The notes below the pieces were generated by a model. That model searched no databases, was not told the origin of the DNA, and saw nothing but the letters and a program-made list of their open reading frames with translations. From a virus: 64,000 bases of DNA. The DNA is taken from IMG/VR virus record IMGVR_UViG_3300008108_007099, positions 27,492 through 91,491 of that record. One strand, 5' to 3'. Below are positions 1-11,500 of this stretch, in pieces. Position 1 is the stretch's first letter; each line of letters opens with the position of its first letter. Made by a program: the position numbers and the translations under genes.

Positions 1-3000
1 CCACCATGACCCTAGCTGGTAGTTCTACTGCCCTAGGTGGAAGCTGGGACCCTGCCGCTCTAACCACATCAAGTGGCTTGCTTGCCGGAACCTACTATCC
101 TTCTGGTGCCCTAACAATAGGAATCGCTTCTGGCGGTATCTCAAGCGAACTTCTTGCTGACGGATCAGTCGTTAGCGGCAAGCTGGGCTCAGCAGCTGTT
201 ACAACTTCTAATCTATCAAGCGGTGTAGTCACCAGCGGTTATATTGGTGATTCAGCCGTTCTTAGCGGCAACATTGGTTCCGGCCAGATTGGTTCAATCC
301 ATTTCGCCAGCGGTACTGTCGAAGGTCTTATCGGTTCTGGAAGCGTTCAAAGTGGCGATCTTGGCCTTGGCGCTGTTAACAACGAGAACATTGCTTCCGG
401 AACTGTTGCCAATGACAAACTAGTAAACAGCGCAATAACAATTGCCGGGTCAAGCACTGCTCTTGGCAGTAGCTGGGCTGCTGAAGGATTAACATTTGGA
501 GACGGTCTTGCTTCAGGTATCTACTATCCTTCTGGAGCGCTAACAGTTCAAGTTGCCTCTGGCGGAATCATAACAGATATGATTGCGGATTTGGCAGTTA
601 CCAATGACAAGCTTGGCGGAACATCTGTTACTTCCGACAAAATTGCAGACTATGCAGTTGTTAGCGGCAAACTAGCAAGCGGCGCAGTCAGCAACCTTGA
701 CATTGCCTCTGGCAGCATTGGCAATGATAGGCTAATGTTCCCCAGCATTAATATTGCTGGATCTGATACTACTCTTGGTGGTAACTGGATTGCTGAAGGA
801 GTTACATTTGCAAGTGGTCTTTCCGAGCTAACTTACTATCCCTCAGGATCGGCAGTTGTCGGCATCGCTTCTGGCGGTGTGATTACCAATATGATTGGTG
901 ATAACGTGGTCACCAGCGGCAAACTAGGCGCTGGTGCAGTAAACACTGACAACATTGCTAGCGGAGCAGTTGCTTCTGGCAATCTAGCAAATGGCGCAGT
1001 AAACACAGAAAACCTTACTGACGGTGCAGTTGTAAGCGGCAAGCTTGCTAATGATTCTGTTAACACCCTCAACATAACTGACGGCGCAGTTGTGTCTGGC
1101 AAGCTAGGGACTGGTGCTGTAACTACAAGCAATCTATCGAGTGGTGTAGTCACCAGTGGTTATATTGGTGACCAAGCCGTTCTAAGCGGAAATATTGGTT
1201 CTGGACAAATTGGCGCTATACACTTTGCTAGTGGCACGGTAGAAGGCCTAATTGGTTCTGGTAGTGTAACTAGTGGCGATCTTGGAATTGGTGCTGTCAA
1301 TAACGAGAACATTGCCTCGGGCACTATTGCTAATGATAAACTAGCAAACAACAGCCTCACCATCGGTGGAGCTACAGCGGCCCTAGGTTCTGGAGTTGAA
1401 TATTCATCTTTAAGTACTTCTAGCGGTTTGCTTAGTGCAACTTATTATCCATCTGGCGCTCTTACCATTGGCATCGCTTCTGGCGGTATCTCAAGCGAAC
1501 TTCTTGCCGATGGTTCAGTAGTAAGCGGCAAGCTCGGCACAGATTCAGTAAACAGTGCAAACATAACTGATGCAGCAGTTGTGAGCGGCAAGCTTGCAAC
1601 TGACAGTGTTGCAGCCGCTAACATTGGTGCTGGCGAAGTCGTAAGTGGCAAACTAGCTACTGACTCTGTTAATACAGCCAACATCACTGATGCAGCAGTA
1701 GTATCCGGCAAACTTGCAACTGACAGTGTTGCAGCCGCTAATATTGGAGCTGGCGAAGTTGTAAGTGGCAAACTAGCTACCGACTCTGTCAACACCGCCA
1801 ACATTACAGACGCAGCCGTAGTTTCCGGCAAGCTAGCAGCAAATTCAGTAGCAGCAGGCAACATCGGTGCAGGCGAAGTTGTAAGTGGCAAACTCGCAAC
1901 TGATTCAGTCAATACAGCCAATATTACAGATGCAGCCGTAGTCAGCGGTAAACTAGCAGCAAACAGTGTTGCAGCAGGCAATATTGGTGCAGGTGAAGTT
2001 GTAAGCGGCAAACTAGCAACTGACTCTGTCAACACTGCAAATATTACCGACGCCGCAGTAGTTTCTGGCAAGCTAGGAACTGGTGCTGTAACTACAAGCA
2101 ATCTATCAAGTGGTGTAGTCACCAGCGGTTACATTGGTGATTCAGCCGTTCTAAGCGGCAACATTGGTTCTGGTCAAATAGGTATAATCCACCTCGCAAG
2201 TGGTACTGTAGAGGGCTTGATCGGTTCTGGCAGCATTGGTAGCGGCGATTTAGCAATTGGCGCTGTAAACAATGAGAATATTGCAAGTGGAACAATAGCC
2301 AACGATAAGCTTGCAAATAACAGCCTCACCATCGGTGGTGCTACAGCTGCTCTAGGTTCTGGGGTTGCCTACGAAGCTCTTACTATAGGAGCTGGTTTAT
2401 TTGGAGGCACCTACTATCCTTCCGGCGCAGTCACGATTAGCATCGCATCTGGCGGTGTACTTTCGGACATGATTTATGACGCAGCAGTTGTTAGCGGCAA
2501 GCTCGGCACAGACTCAGTAAACAGTGCAAACATAACTGCCGCAGCAGTAGTTTCTGGTAAGCTTGCAGCAAACAGCGTTGCAGCAAGTAATATTGGTGCT
2601 GGAGAAGTTACAAGCGGCAAGCTTGCTAATGACTCTGTCAATACTGCAAATATTACTGACAACGCAGTAGTTAGTGGCAAGATTGCTTCCGGTTCTCTTG
2701 AATTCGTTAACATTGCTGGCACAACAGTTTCCGGCCAACTTGGTCTGAATGTTGTAACTTCTGCAAACATCGATGACGCAGCAGTAGTTTCCGGTAAGCT
2801 TGCAGCAAACTCCGTTGCAGCAAGTAACATCGGCGCAGGCGAAGTTGTAAGCGGTAAGCTTGCTAACGACTCGGTCAACACAGCAAACATTACTGACAAT
2901 GCAGTAGTCAGCGGCAAGATTGCTTCGGGATCTCTCGAATTTGTCAACATCGCAGGCACTACAGTTTCTGGCCAACTCGGCTTGAATGTTGTAACTTCTG

Positions 3001-4190
3001 CAAACATTGATGACGCAGCCGTAGTTTCCGGTAAGCTTGCAGCAAACTCCGTTGCAGCTAGTAACATTGGTGCAGGCGAAGTTGTAAGCGGTAAACTCGC
3101 AACCGATTCGGTCAATACTGCAAACATTACAGATGCAGCAGTAGTTTCTGGCAAGCTAGCAGCTAACAGCGTTGCAGCAGGAAACATTGGTGCAGGCGAG
3201 GTTGTAAGTGGTAAGCTCGCAACTGACTCTGTAAACACAGCCAATATTACCGATGCAGCAGTTGTATCTGGCAAACTAGCAGCAAACAGCGTTGCAGCAG
3301 GCAACATTGGTGCTGGTGAAGTTGTTAGTGGCAAACTCGCAACTGACTCTGTTAACACAGCTAATATTACAGACGCAGCAGTTGTGTCTGGCAAGCTAGG
3401 TACTGGTGCTGTAACTACAAGCAATCTATCCAGTGGTGTAGTCACCAGTGGCTATATTGGTGATTCGGCTGTTCTAAGCGGAAACATAGGTTCTGGCCAA
3501 GTTGGACTAGTCCATCTTGCTAGCGGCACTGTAGATGCTCTTATCACAAGCGGTGTAATAGTGAGCGGCGACCTTGGTATCGGCGCTGTAAACAACCTCA
3601 ATATTGCTAGCGGCACAATCAGCCAAGACAAGTTTGCTTCTGGAGCATTCTTTGTTCTAGATAATCCTGCTGATAACAGAATCGTTACAAGCTTGGCTTC
3701 TGGAACTAATAGTGCTACCGCTGAAACAAACCTTACATTTAACGGTGGGGCATTAGCCTTCACTGGTGTAAGCGGAACAGTCTTTGCAGCACAAGACCTA
3801 ACTCTAACAAGTGGTAACTTGCTAAATGTTTACAGTGGTACATTCACAGTAAGCAGCTACGGTTATACGCAGAACACTGCTTCTAGCTTTGCTGGACAGA
3901 CTGCTTCCTTTGCTGCCTTCACACTTCCTGACACCTTAGCAACTGGCGCATTCTTCGAGTATGTCGCAATTGACACTGCAACTGGCGCTCGCAGAGCAGG
4001 AAATGTTACCTGCGTATGGAACGCCGGGACAAATGGTGTTGAGTACCTTGAGACATCAACTATGGATTTAGGAGGAAGCACAACAGGTCTAATATTCAGC
4101 GCAGCAATTGCATCTGATGTTTTGACCTTGACCGCAAACATCACTGCTGGCACATGGACAATTAAGTTGTCCGCCAGAGTAATTGAATAA
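1..4190 (+). CDS. Giant Ser/Gly/Ala-rich repeat fibre protein 1 (5'-truncated by the window edge)
   Basis: The ORF-track ATG at 6 lies inside a repeat module (TMTLAGSSTALGGSW, cf. TVTIAGSSTALGGSW elsewhere), so the gene starts upstream. It has 5/10/20-aa periodic repeats (AVVSGKLATDSVNTANITD) and a ~170-aa non-repetitive beta-rich C-terminal domain. Confidence 0.8.
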   Translation, partial: TMTLAGSSTALGGSWDPAALTTSSGLLAGTYYPSGALTIGIASGGISSELLADGSVVSGKLGSAAVTTSNLSSGVVTSGYIGDSAVLSGNIGSGQIGSIHFASGTVEGLIGSGSVQSGDLGLGAVNNENIASGTVANDKLVNSAITIAGSSTALGSSWAAEGLTFGDGLASGIYYPSGALTVQVASGGIITDMIADLAVTNDKLGGTSVTSDKIADYAVVSGKLASGAVSNLDIASGSIGNDRLMFPSINIAGSDTTLGGNWIAEGVTFASGLSELTYYPSGSAVVGIASGGVITNMIGDNVVTSGKLGAGAVNTDNIASGAVASGNLANGAVNTENLTDGAVVSGKLANDSVNTLNITDGAVVSGKLGTGAVTTSNLSSGVVTSGYIGDQAVLSGNIGSGQIGAIHFASGTVEGLIGSGSVTSGDLGIGAVNNENIASGTIANDKLANNSLTIGGATAALGSGVEYSSLSTSSGLLSATYYPSGALTIGIASGGISSELLADGSVVSGKLGTDSVNSANITDAAVVSGKLATDSVAAANIGAGEVVSGKLATDSVNTANITDAAVVSGKLATDSVAAANIGAGEVVSGKLATDSVNTANITDAAVVSGKLAANSVAAGNIGAGEVVSGKLATDSVNTANITDAAVVSGKLAANSVAAGNIGAGEVVSGKLATDSVNTANITDAAVVSGKLGTGAVTTSNLSSGVVTSGYIGDSAVLSGNIGSGQIGIIHLASGTVEGLIGSGSIGSGDLAIGAVNNENIASGTIANDKLANNSLTIGGATAALGSGVAYEALTIGAGLFGGTYYPSGAVTISIASGGVLSDMIYDAAVVSGKLGTDSVNSANITAAAVVSGKLAANSVAASNIGAGEVTSGKLANDSVNTANITDNAVVSGKIASGSLEFVNIAGTTVSGQLGLNVVTSANIDDAAVVSGKLAANSVAASNIGAGEVVSGKLANDSVNTANITDNAVVSGKIASGSLEFVNIAGTTVSGQLGLNVVTSANIDDAAVVSGKLAANSVAASNIGAGEVVSGKLATDSVNTANITDAAVVSGKLAANSVAAGNIGAGEVVSGKLATDSVNTANITDAAVVSGKLAANSVAAGNIGAGEVVSGKLATDSVNTANITDAAVVSGKLGTGAVTTSNLSSGVVTSGYIGDSAVLSGNIGSGQVGLVHLASGTVDALITSGVIVSGDLGIGAVNNLNIASGTISQDKFASGAFFVLDNPADNRIVTSLASGTNSATAETNLTFNGGALAFTGVSGTVFAAQDLTLTSGNLLNVYSGTFTVSSYGYTQNTASSFAGQTASFAAFTLPDTLATGAFFEYVAIDTATGARRAGNVTCVWNAGTNGVEYLETSTMDLGGSTTGLIFSAAIASDVLTLTANITAGTWTIKLSARVIE
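1500..3420 (+). repeat. Coding tandem repeats (60/120-nt period) plus a ~240-nt duplication
   Basis: AAVVSGKLAxxSVAAxNIGAGEVVSGKLATDSVNTANITD recurs; an 80-aa block is duplicated at about 2620-2860 and 2860-3100; synonymous sites differ between copies. Confidence 0.9.
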
Positions 4191-4244
4191 TAACAATACT
4201 GAACTGATATATGAAGGTAACCAGATAGGAATATAGGGAAAACT

Positions 4245-7200
4245 ATGAGTCACGAATTAAAAGCTATAACTGGTCTATTCGTACCGAGCGGTTCATTGAT
4301 CCAAGGGACCTTAGCTTCCGGCACGGTTACTTCAGGTAGTATTGGCGCTGGTGCCGTTGTTAACGGCAACATCGCTTCAGGACAGGTTGGGACATTTCAG
4401 ATAGCCTCTGGAGCAATAACGGGAAACCTTATTGCTTCAGGGGCTGTCGCCTCTGTTGACTTAGCAGATAATTCTGTAGTCAGCGGCAAAATCGCAAGTG
4501 GTTCAGTATCGTGGTTTACTCTTGGAAGCGGAGTTGTTAATTCTGGTAATCTCGGAGTAAATTCTGTAGTAAGTGGCAATATAGCAAGTGGTGCGGTGGG
4601 TCTTTTCGGCTTGGCTTCTGGCGTTGTTGTTTCTGGTATAATTGGAAATAATGCAGTAAATAGCGGGAATATTTCGAGTGGTGCAGTTGGATTATATCAG
4701 CTTGGTGTAGCTTCTGGTACAGTAGAGGGAAAACAACTTACACTAGATGCCGATACCGGCATGTTAACTTGGCAAAGTCCACAGACAACAGTAGCCCGTG
4801 TGAAAAATGGCACAGCTGCTATTATTTCAGGTCTAGCTGTTGTTTACATTTCTGGTGGTGCTGGCGCAAATCCTTTTGTTGCACCAGCCCAAGCGAATGC
4901 GGACTTAACCTCCTTAGCCACTTTCGGAGTAGCGGCTGCCAATATAGGAGCTAATGCCGAGGGAACTGTTGTAACTCAAGGCATTTTAACAAATGTAAAT
5001 ACAAGTGCTTTCAATGACGGCGATGTACTATTCTTAAGCCCAACTGTTGCAGGAGCAGTCACAAATGTAAAACCCCAAGCTCCTGACCACCTTGTTCTTA
5101 TTGGCTATGTAACTAACGCAGCAAATAATGGCACAATTGAAGTTGCAATTCAAAACGGATATGAAATCGAAGAACTGCATGATGTAAAAATATTATCCGG
5201 TAGTTTGCAGTCCGGACAAATTCTACAATATAGCTCAGGCGTTTGGTGGAATCAAAACTTTGTTGCGGGCTCAACAAATCTAGGTAGCGGCTCTGTCACA
5301 TCTGGTGCTATCGCTTCTGGCCAAGTAGGACCTAGTGCTTTGGCTAGTGGTGTAATTGCAGGACTTATCGTTAGTGGTTCAGTACAAAGTGGCGATTTAG
5401 GTACTGGGGCAGTAAACAATATAAATATTTCTAGTGGTACGATTTCCAATGACAAGCTTGTAAATAACTCAATTACCATAGATGGCTCTTCCACTGCGCT
5501 AGGCGGCAGCTACTCTTCGCAGGCACTTACTACTTCTAGCGGACTGTTGGCCGGTACTTACTACCCATCTGGTTCTATTACAATAGGTATTGCCTCTGGC
5601 GGAATAGTAGCACAAATGATGGGCAGTGGTTCAATAACTGCCAATGCTATTGCGTCAGGTCAGGTTGGCCCAAATGCTTTGGCCAGTGGCGCTATTGCTG
5701 GACTTATTGCAAGTGGAGCTATTGGCAGTGGAGACTTGGGAATAGGCGCTGTAAATAATGAGAATATAACCTCTGGAACGGTTGCAAATGATAAGTTGGC
5801 AAATAGCACCGTAACAATCGCAGGTTCAAGTACTGCTCTTGGAGGTTCTTGGGCTGCAGAAAGCCTTACGGCAGCCAGTGGGCTATCAGCAGTTACCTAT
5901 TATCCTTCCGGAGCAGCAGTCATAGGAATAGCTTCCGGTGGTGTTATTGCTCAGATGCTTGCAAATGGTTCTGTAACATCAGGGGCAATTGCTTCTGGGC
6001 AAGTTGGCCCAAATGCATTGGCTAGCGGCGTAATTGCAGGCTTAATAGTAAGCGGATCGGTACAAAGTGGCGATTTAGGACTTGGCGCTGTCAACAACGA
6101 AAATATTGCCAGTGGCACTATAGCTAATGACAAACTCGCAAATAACTCAATTACTATTGATGGCGCTTTAACTGCTCTAGGCGGAACGCGCAGCTCATTA
6201 GCCCTGACAACATCTAGCGGCTTACTTGCCGGTACATATTATCCATCTGGAGCCTTGACAATTGGCATAGCTTCCGGTGGCATCACCAGTCAGTTGCTTG
6301 CCGATGGGGCTGTAAACACTAATGATATTGCTTCTGGCGCAGTAGGAACAAATCAAATAGCATCTGGAGCGGTTACTGGCACTAATATTGCCGCGACCAC
6401 AGTTGCAAATACAAATTTAGTAAACAGCACAGTTACGATTGCGGGTTCTTCCACTGCACTTGGCGCTTCTTGGGCAGCAGCCGCTCTTACGACAAGTAGC
6501 GGATTACTTGCTGGAACATATTATCCTTCTGGTGCGCTGACAATTGGAATTGCATCTGGCGGCATAGTTGCCCAAATGATGGGCAGCGGTTCGGTCACAA
6601 GCAACGCAATTGCATCTGGCCAAGTAGGAACATTTGCACTAGCCAGCGGTTTAATAACAGGATTGATTGTCAGCGGTTCAGTACAAAGTGGAGACCTTGG
6701 TCTTGGTGCTGTAAATAATGAAAACATAGCTTCTGGAACTGTTGCTAATGACAAATTGACAAATAGCACAGTCACAATTGCCGGTTCAAGTACTGCTCTT
6801 GGAGGTTCTTGGGCGGCAGCAGCATTAACTACCGCAAGCGGCTTGCTTGCCGGCACATACTATCCATCTGGCGCGCTCACCATTGGCATAGCATCTGGTG
6901 GAATTACAAGCCAAATGCTTGCCGATGCATCTGTTACAACAAATGACATTGCTTCTGGTGCAGTAGGAACGAATCAAATAGCTTCAGGGGCAGTAACCGG
7001 AACCAACATTGCTGCAACAACCGTTGCAAATACAAATTTAGTAAACAGCGCAATTACAATAGCTGGTTCTTCTACATCTTTAGGTGGAACTTGGGCAGCC
7101 GCTGCACTCACAACAAGTAGCGGATTACTTGCCGGCACATATTATCCATCAGGTTCGCTTACAATCGGAATTGCTTCCGGCGGCATAGTTGCACAAATGA

Positions 7201-8540
7201 TGGGAAGCGGATCGGTAAATAGCAACGCAATTGCTTCAGGACAGGTAGGGCCTTTTGCGTTGGCTAGTGGCGTAGTTGCCGGGTTAATTGGAAGTGGTTC
7301 AGTACAAAGCGGAGACCTTGGTCTTGGTGCTGTCAATAATGAAAATATTTCAAGTGGAACTGTTGCTAATGACAAATTGACAAATAGCACAGTCACAATT
7401 GCCGGTTCAAGTACTGCTCTAGGTGGCACTTGGGCAGCCCAAAGTCTAACAGCAGCCAGTGGCTTATCAGCCGTTACTTATTATCCCTCTGGAGCAGCTG
7501 TCATAGGAATTGCATCAGGTGGCGTATCATCTGGAATGCTTGCTAATGGATCAGTAGTTAGTGGCTCTATAGGTTCTGGTCAAATTGGACAGTTCCACTT
7601 AGCTAGCGGTGCCGCTAATTTGCTTCTCACTAGTGGAATAGTAGTGAGCGGCATGGTTGGAAATGCTGCTGTTACTAGTGGTAGCATTGCCAGTGGCTCT
7701 ATCGGACAAATGCACCTCAGCCAGCTTTTGATTCCCAAAATGCAAGCTCCCGGCAGACTTTCACTCTATAGTGGTGCTCCTGTTGTAAGCGGCGGATACA
7801 TAAGCGGCGCAAACAAATTATACTACAATCCTTACAACGGAAGTACTATATCTCTGTTCGATGGCGTTTCATGGTTAGAATATGAAATTAATCAGCCAGT
7901 CATGCTAGATTTGAATACTGGCTTGCAATCCGGAACCATGTATGACATTTTCATGTTTGGAAATGCCGGAATATCTGGTTCACCATCTTTAGCAGCGGTC
8001 AACTGGACAAGTGGCGGAAACAGAGCGCCAATAGTATATCAAAATGGAATACCTTTAAGCCAATTTACAGGCGGAAGATATTTAGGAACTATTAGAACAA
8101 CAACAAGTTCTACGTCTGAAGATAGTCCATACAGAAGATTTGTATGGAACTATGATAACAGAATTACAAATACTTTATATTACACTGACAGCACTCAGCA
8201 CACTTACAACAGTCCTACACCTAGAGTGTGGAACCTGAATTCCGGTTCACGACTTGAATTTATACAGGGCGTAGCTGGCATAGGTGCGTCTACCTCATGT
8301 TTTGTAGCCAGCTACGTGACTCCCGGTGCAACTAGTATTTGCAGCTTTGAGAGTGACGGAGTCTTCAGCGGAACTAACTACAATGTTTTCAATACATTTA
8401 CTGGTTTGTTCTGGTCACAAAGCATGCTAATGGTAGGAAATTGCAATGAAGGATATAATTACCTCCAATTGATGGAATCATGCCAGAGTGGAACAGTAAC
8501 GAATGTGTCTATGACTTTAACAGGGACAATAGAGGTTTAA
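4245..8540 (+). CDS. Giant SG-rich repeat fibre protein 2 with internal globular domain and C-terminal receptor-binding-like domain
   Basis: 1431 aa with a purine-rich SD-like leader. About 7 copies of the TIAGSSTALGGSW...YYPSG module, a globular insert (VARVKNGT...DGDVLFLSPT) and a C-terminal GRLSL...RYLGTIRTT...RRFVWNYDNR domain. Confidence 0.8.
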   Translation: MSHELKAITGLFVPSGSLIQGTLASGTVTSGSIGAGAVVNGNIASGQVGTFQIASGAITGNLIASGAVASVDLADNSVVSGKIASGSVSWFTLGSGVVNSGNLGVNSVVSGNIASGAVGLFGLASGVVVSGIIGNNAVNSGNISSGAVGLYQLGVASGTVEGKQLTLDADTGMLTWQSPQTTVARVKNGTAAIISGLAVVYISGGAGANPFVAPAQANADLTSLATFGVAAANIGANAEGTVVTQGILTNVNTSAFNDGDVLFLSPTVAGAVTNVKPQAPDHLVLIGYVTNAANNGTIEVAIQNGYEIEELHDVKILSGSLQSGQILQYSSGVWWNQNFVAGSTNLGSGSVTSGAIASGQVGPSALASGVIAGLIVSGSVQSGDLGTGAVNNINISSGTISNDKLVNNSITIDGSSTALGGSYSSQALTTSSGLLAGTYYPSGSITIGIASGGIVAQMMGSGSITANAIASGQVGPNALASGAIAGLIASGAIGSGDLGIGAVNNENITSGTVANDKLANSTVTIAGSSTALGGSWAAESLTAASGLSAVTYYPSGAAVIGIASGGVIAQMLANGSVTSGAIASGQVGPNALASGVIAGLIVSGSVQSGDLGLGAVNNENIASGTIANDKLANNSITIDGALTALGGTRSSLALTTSSGLLAGTYYPSGALTIGIASGGITSQLLADGAVNTNDIASGAVGTNQIASGAVTGTNIAATTVANTNLVNSTVTIAGSSTALGASWAAAALTTSSGLLAGTYYPSGALTIGIASGGIVAQMMGSGSVTSNAIASGQVGTFALASGLITGLIVSGSVQSGDLGLGAVNNENIASGTVANDKLTNSTVTIAGSSTALGGSWAAAALTTASGLLAGTYYPSGALTIGIASGGITSQMLADASVTTNDIASGAVGTNQIASGAVTGTNIAATTVANTNLVNSAITIAGSSTSLGGTWAAAALTTSSGLLAGTYYPSGSLTIGIASGGIVAQMMGSGSVNSNAIASGQVGPFALASGVVAGLIGSGSVQSGDLGLGAVNNENISSGTVANDKLTNSTVTIAGSSTALGGTWAAQSLTAASGLSAVTYYPSGAAVIGIASGGVSSGMLANGSVVSGSIGSGQIGQFHLASGAANLLLTSGIVVSGMVGNAAVTSGSIASGSIGQMHLSQLLIPKMQAPGRLSLYSGAPVVSGGYISGANKLYYNPYNGSTISLFDGVSWLEYEINQPVMLDLNTGLQSGTMYDIFMFGNAGISGSPSLAAVNWTSGGNRAPIVYQNGIPLSQFTGGRYLGTIRTTTSSTSEDSPYRRFVWNYDNRITNTLYYTDSTQHTYNSPTPRVWNLNSGSRLEFIQGVAGIGASTSCFVASYVTPGATSICSFESDGVFSGTNYNVFNTFTGLFWSQSMLMVGNCNEGYNYLQLMESCQSGTVTNVSMTLTGTIEV

Positions 8541-8543
8541 AAA

Positions 8544-11500
8544 ATGGCTGTATATACACTACAACAGTTCAACGATGCGGTCGCTGCGGTTTGCCCAATT
8601 ACGGGTGTAACAGTAAGTGGCAATGGCGTGTTGGGATATTTCCCAGCCGCTGGAGCTACATCAGGACAGCTTTCTGCTGCTAATGGCGTTGTTGCTACTT
8701 ACAGCGGACAAGTAACAAGCGGAACACCTCAAGGACCAGTTGCTTCTGGCAGCTTCAATGCGGCCATTTTGTTCAGCGGCACAGTCGTATCTCCAAACAT
8801 GGGAAGCGGCTCAATCTTATCAAATTCAATTGGTTCTGGTGCTGTTACTTCTCCAAAATTAGACGTTGGTGCTGTAGGCGCAAACGCCATCGCATCTGGT
8901 GCAATTACTAGCGGTAAATTAGCAGATAACGCCGTTTTCGGCAACATGGTTGCCTCTGGTGCAATTACAGCAAATAAACTTGGCATTGCATCAGTAATGA
9001 ATTTAAATTTGAGCAGTGGTTCAATTACTAATGACAAGCTGGTTAATAGCACTGTCACTATTGCTGGTTCATCTACAGCATTGGGTGGTTCTTGGGCTGC
9101 ACAAAGCTTGACAGCTGCCAGCGGATTGTCATCGGTAACTTATTATCCTTCCGGCACAGCCATATTTGGAATTGCATCTGGCGGCATCGTTGCTCAAATG
9201 ATGGGCAGTGGTTCAGTAACTACAAATGCTATAGCTAGCGGATCTATCACGGCAAATCTTTTGGCAAGCGGAGCTGTAACCGACATTGTTGGAAGTGGTT
9301 CTGTGACAAGTGGCGATGTCGGCATCGGCGCAATTAACAACTTGAATATTGCTTCAGGCACAATAAGCAACGATAAATTAGTAAACAGCGCGGTTACAAT
9401 TAACGGAGCTTCCACAGCACTTGGAGGTTCTTACAATAATTCTACACTTACTTTAGGCGCGGGATTAGCCGGTGGTTCCTACAACGGTTCTGGTGCTGTA
9501 ACAGCAAGTGTTGCTTCGGGCGGAATTACTAGCCAGATGTTGGCAGATTCTGCAGTTGCATCTGGTGATGTCGCTATTGGAGCAATAAATAACCAAAACA
9601 TAGCTTCTGGCACAGTTGCAAATGACAAATTAACAAATAATTCAGTAACAATTGCAGGAAGTTCTACAGCATTAGGTGGAAGCTGGGCAGCACAAAGCCT
9701 AGTTCATGCTAGCGGTCTTTCCGCTGTAACTTATTATCCCTCTGGCTCGGCTGTAGTAGGTATTGCTTCTGGCGGTATCGTTGCTCAAATGATGGGTAGT
9801 GGATCTGTAACTGCCAATGCTATTGCTAGCGGTTCAGTTACTGCCGACGCCTTGGCTAGCGGTGCTATTTCGGCGATAGTTGGAAGTGGCGCAATCACTA
9901 GCGGAGACTTAGGACTTGGCGCAGTAAATAATTTAAATGTTGCATCAGGAACTCTGTCAAACGACAAGCTTGTAAATAGCAGCGTTACAATCGCTGGATC
10001 TTCTACAGCTTTAGGTGGGTCTTGGGCTGCTTCCGCTCTAACAACTGCATCTGGATTGCTTGCCGGAACTTATTATCCATCAGGTTCACTGACAATTGGA
10101 ATTGCTTCCGGAGGCATTACTAGCGAGCTTCTCGCTGATGGCTCAGTAAATACAAACGATATTGCTTCCGGTGCAGTCGGAACAAATCAAATAGCATCCG
10201 GTGCTATTACTGGCACATCCATATCATCTGGAGCTATTACAGGTGCAAATATTGCTTCTGGCACTATTACAGGAAGTAAGCTAGCTGCCGCAACGGTACA
10301 AAACGCTAATCTCGCAAATTCATCTATAAACATAGCTGCTCTAAATGTGCCACTAGGCGGGTCTTGGACTCCACAAGCCTTAACCACCGCTAGCGGTTTG
10401 CTGGCTGGAACATTTTATGTAAGTGGTGCGCTAACCATTGGTATAGCTTCTGGCGGAATTACAAGTCAGCTAATAGCCGATGGGGCTGTTAATACAAATG
10501 ACATTGCTTCTGGAGCAGTTGGAACTAACCAAATTGCATCAGGTGCTGTCACCGGAACAAACATAGCCGCAACAACTGTTGCTAATGCAAACCTCGTCAA
10601 CAGCGCTGTAACTATCGCTGGTTCCTCAACGAGCTTGGGCGGTTCTTGGGCAGCTCAATCCTTGGTACATGCTAGCGGTCTTTCTGCTGTAACCTATTAC
10701 CCATCCGGTTCTGCTGTAGTTGGCATTGCTTCCGGTGGCATAGTTGCCCAAATGATGGGCAGCGGGTCAGTCACTGCCAACGCAATCGCAAGCGGTTCGG
10801 TTACTGCCGATGCTCTTGCTAGTGGCGCAATATCCGCCATCGTTGGCAGCGGTGCAATTACTAGTGGCGACTTAGGAATTGGCGCTGTCAACAATCTGAA
10901 TATTGCTTCAGGCACCGTAGCCAATGACAAACTTGCAAATAGTACAGTAACCATTGCAGGTTCCAGCACCTCCCTAGGTGGTAGCTGGGCTGCAGCAGCA
11001 CTTACAACAGCTAGCGGATTGGCCGCAGGAACATATTACCCGTCAGGCGCTTTGACAATAGGCATTGCTACTAACGGAGTAGTCACAGCTATGATTGCTT
11101 CTGGTGCAGTGGGGACTAATCAAATTGCTTCAGGTGCTGTCACCGGAACAAATATAGCAGCAACAACTGTTGCCAATGCAAACCTCGTTAACAGCGCTGT
11201 AACTATCGCTGGTTCCTCAACGAGCTTGGGCGGTTCTTGGGCAGCTGCAGCACTTACAACATCTAGCGGATTGCTTGCTGGCACATATTATCCATCAGGC
11301 GCACTGACTATAGGATTAGCTTCCGGCGGAATTACAAGCCAATTGATTGCTGACGGTGCTGTTGGAACAAACGAGCTTGCCACAAGTGCAGTGACTAATG
11401 ACAAAATTACAAGTGGTACTGTTGCTAATGACAAACTTGCTAATAGCAGCGTAACCATAGCAGGCTCCTCTACTGCTCTAGGCGGTAGCTGGGCAGCCCA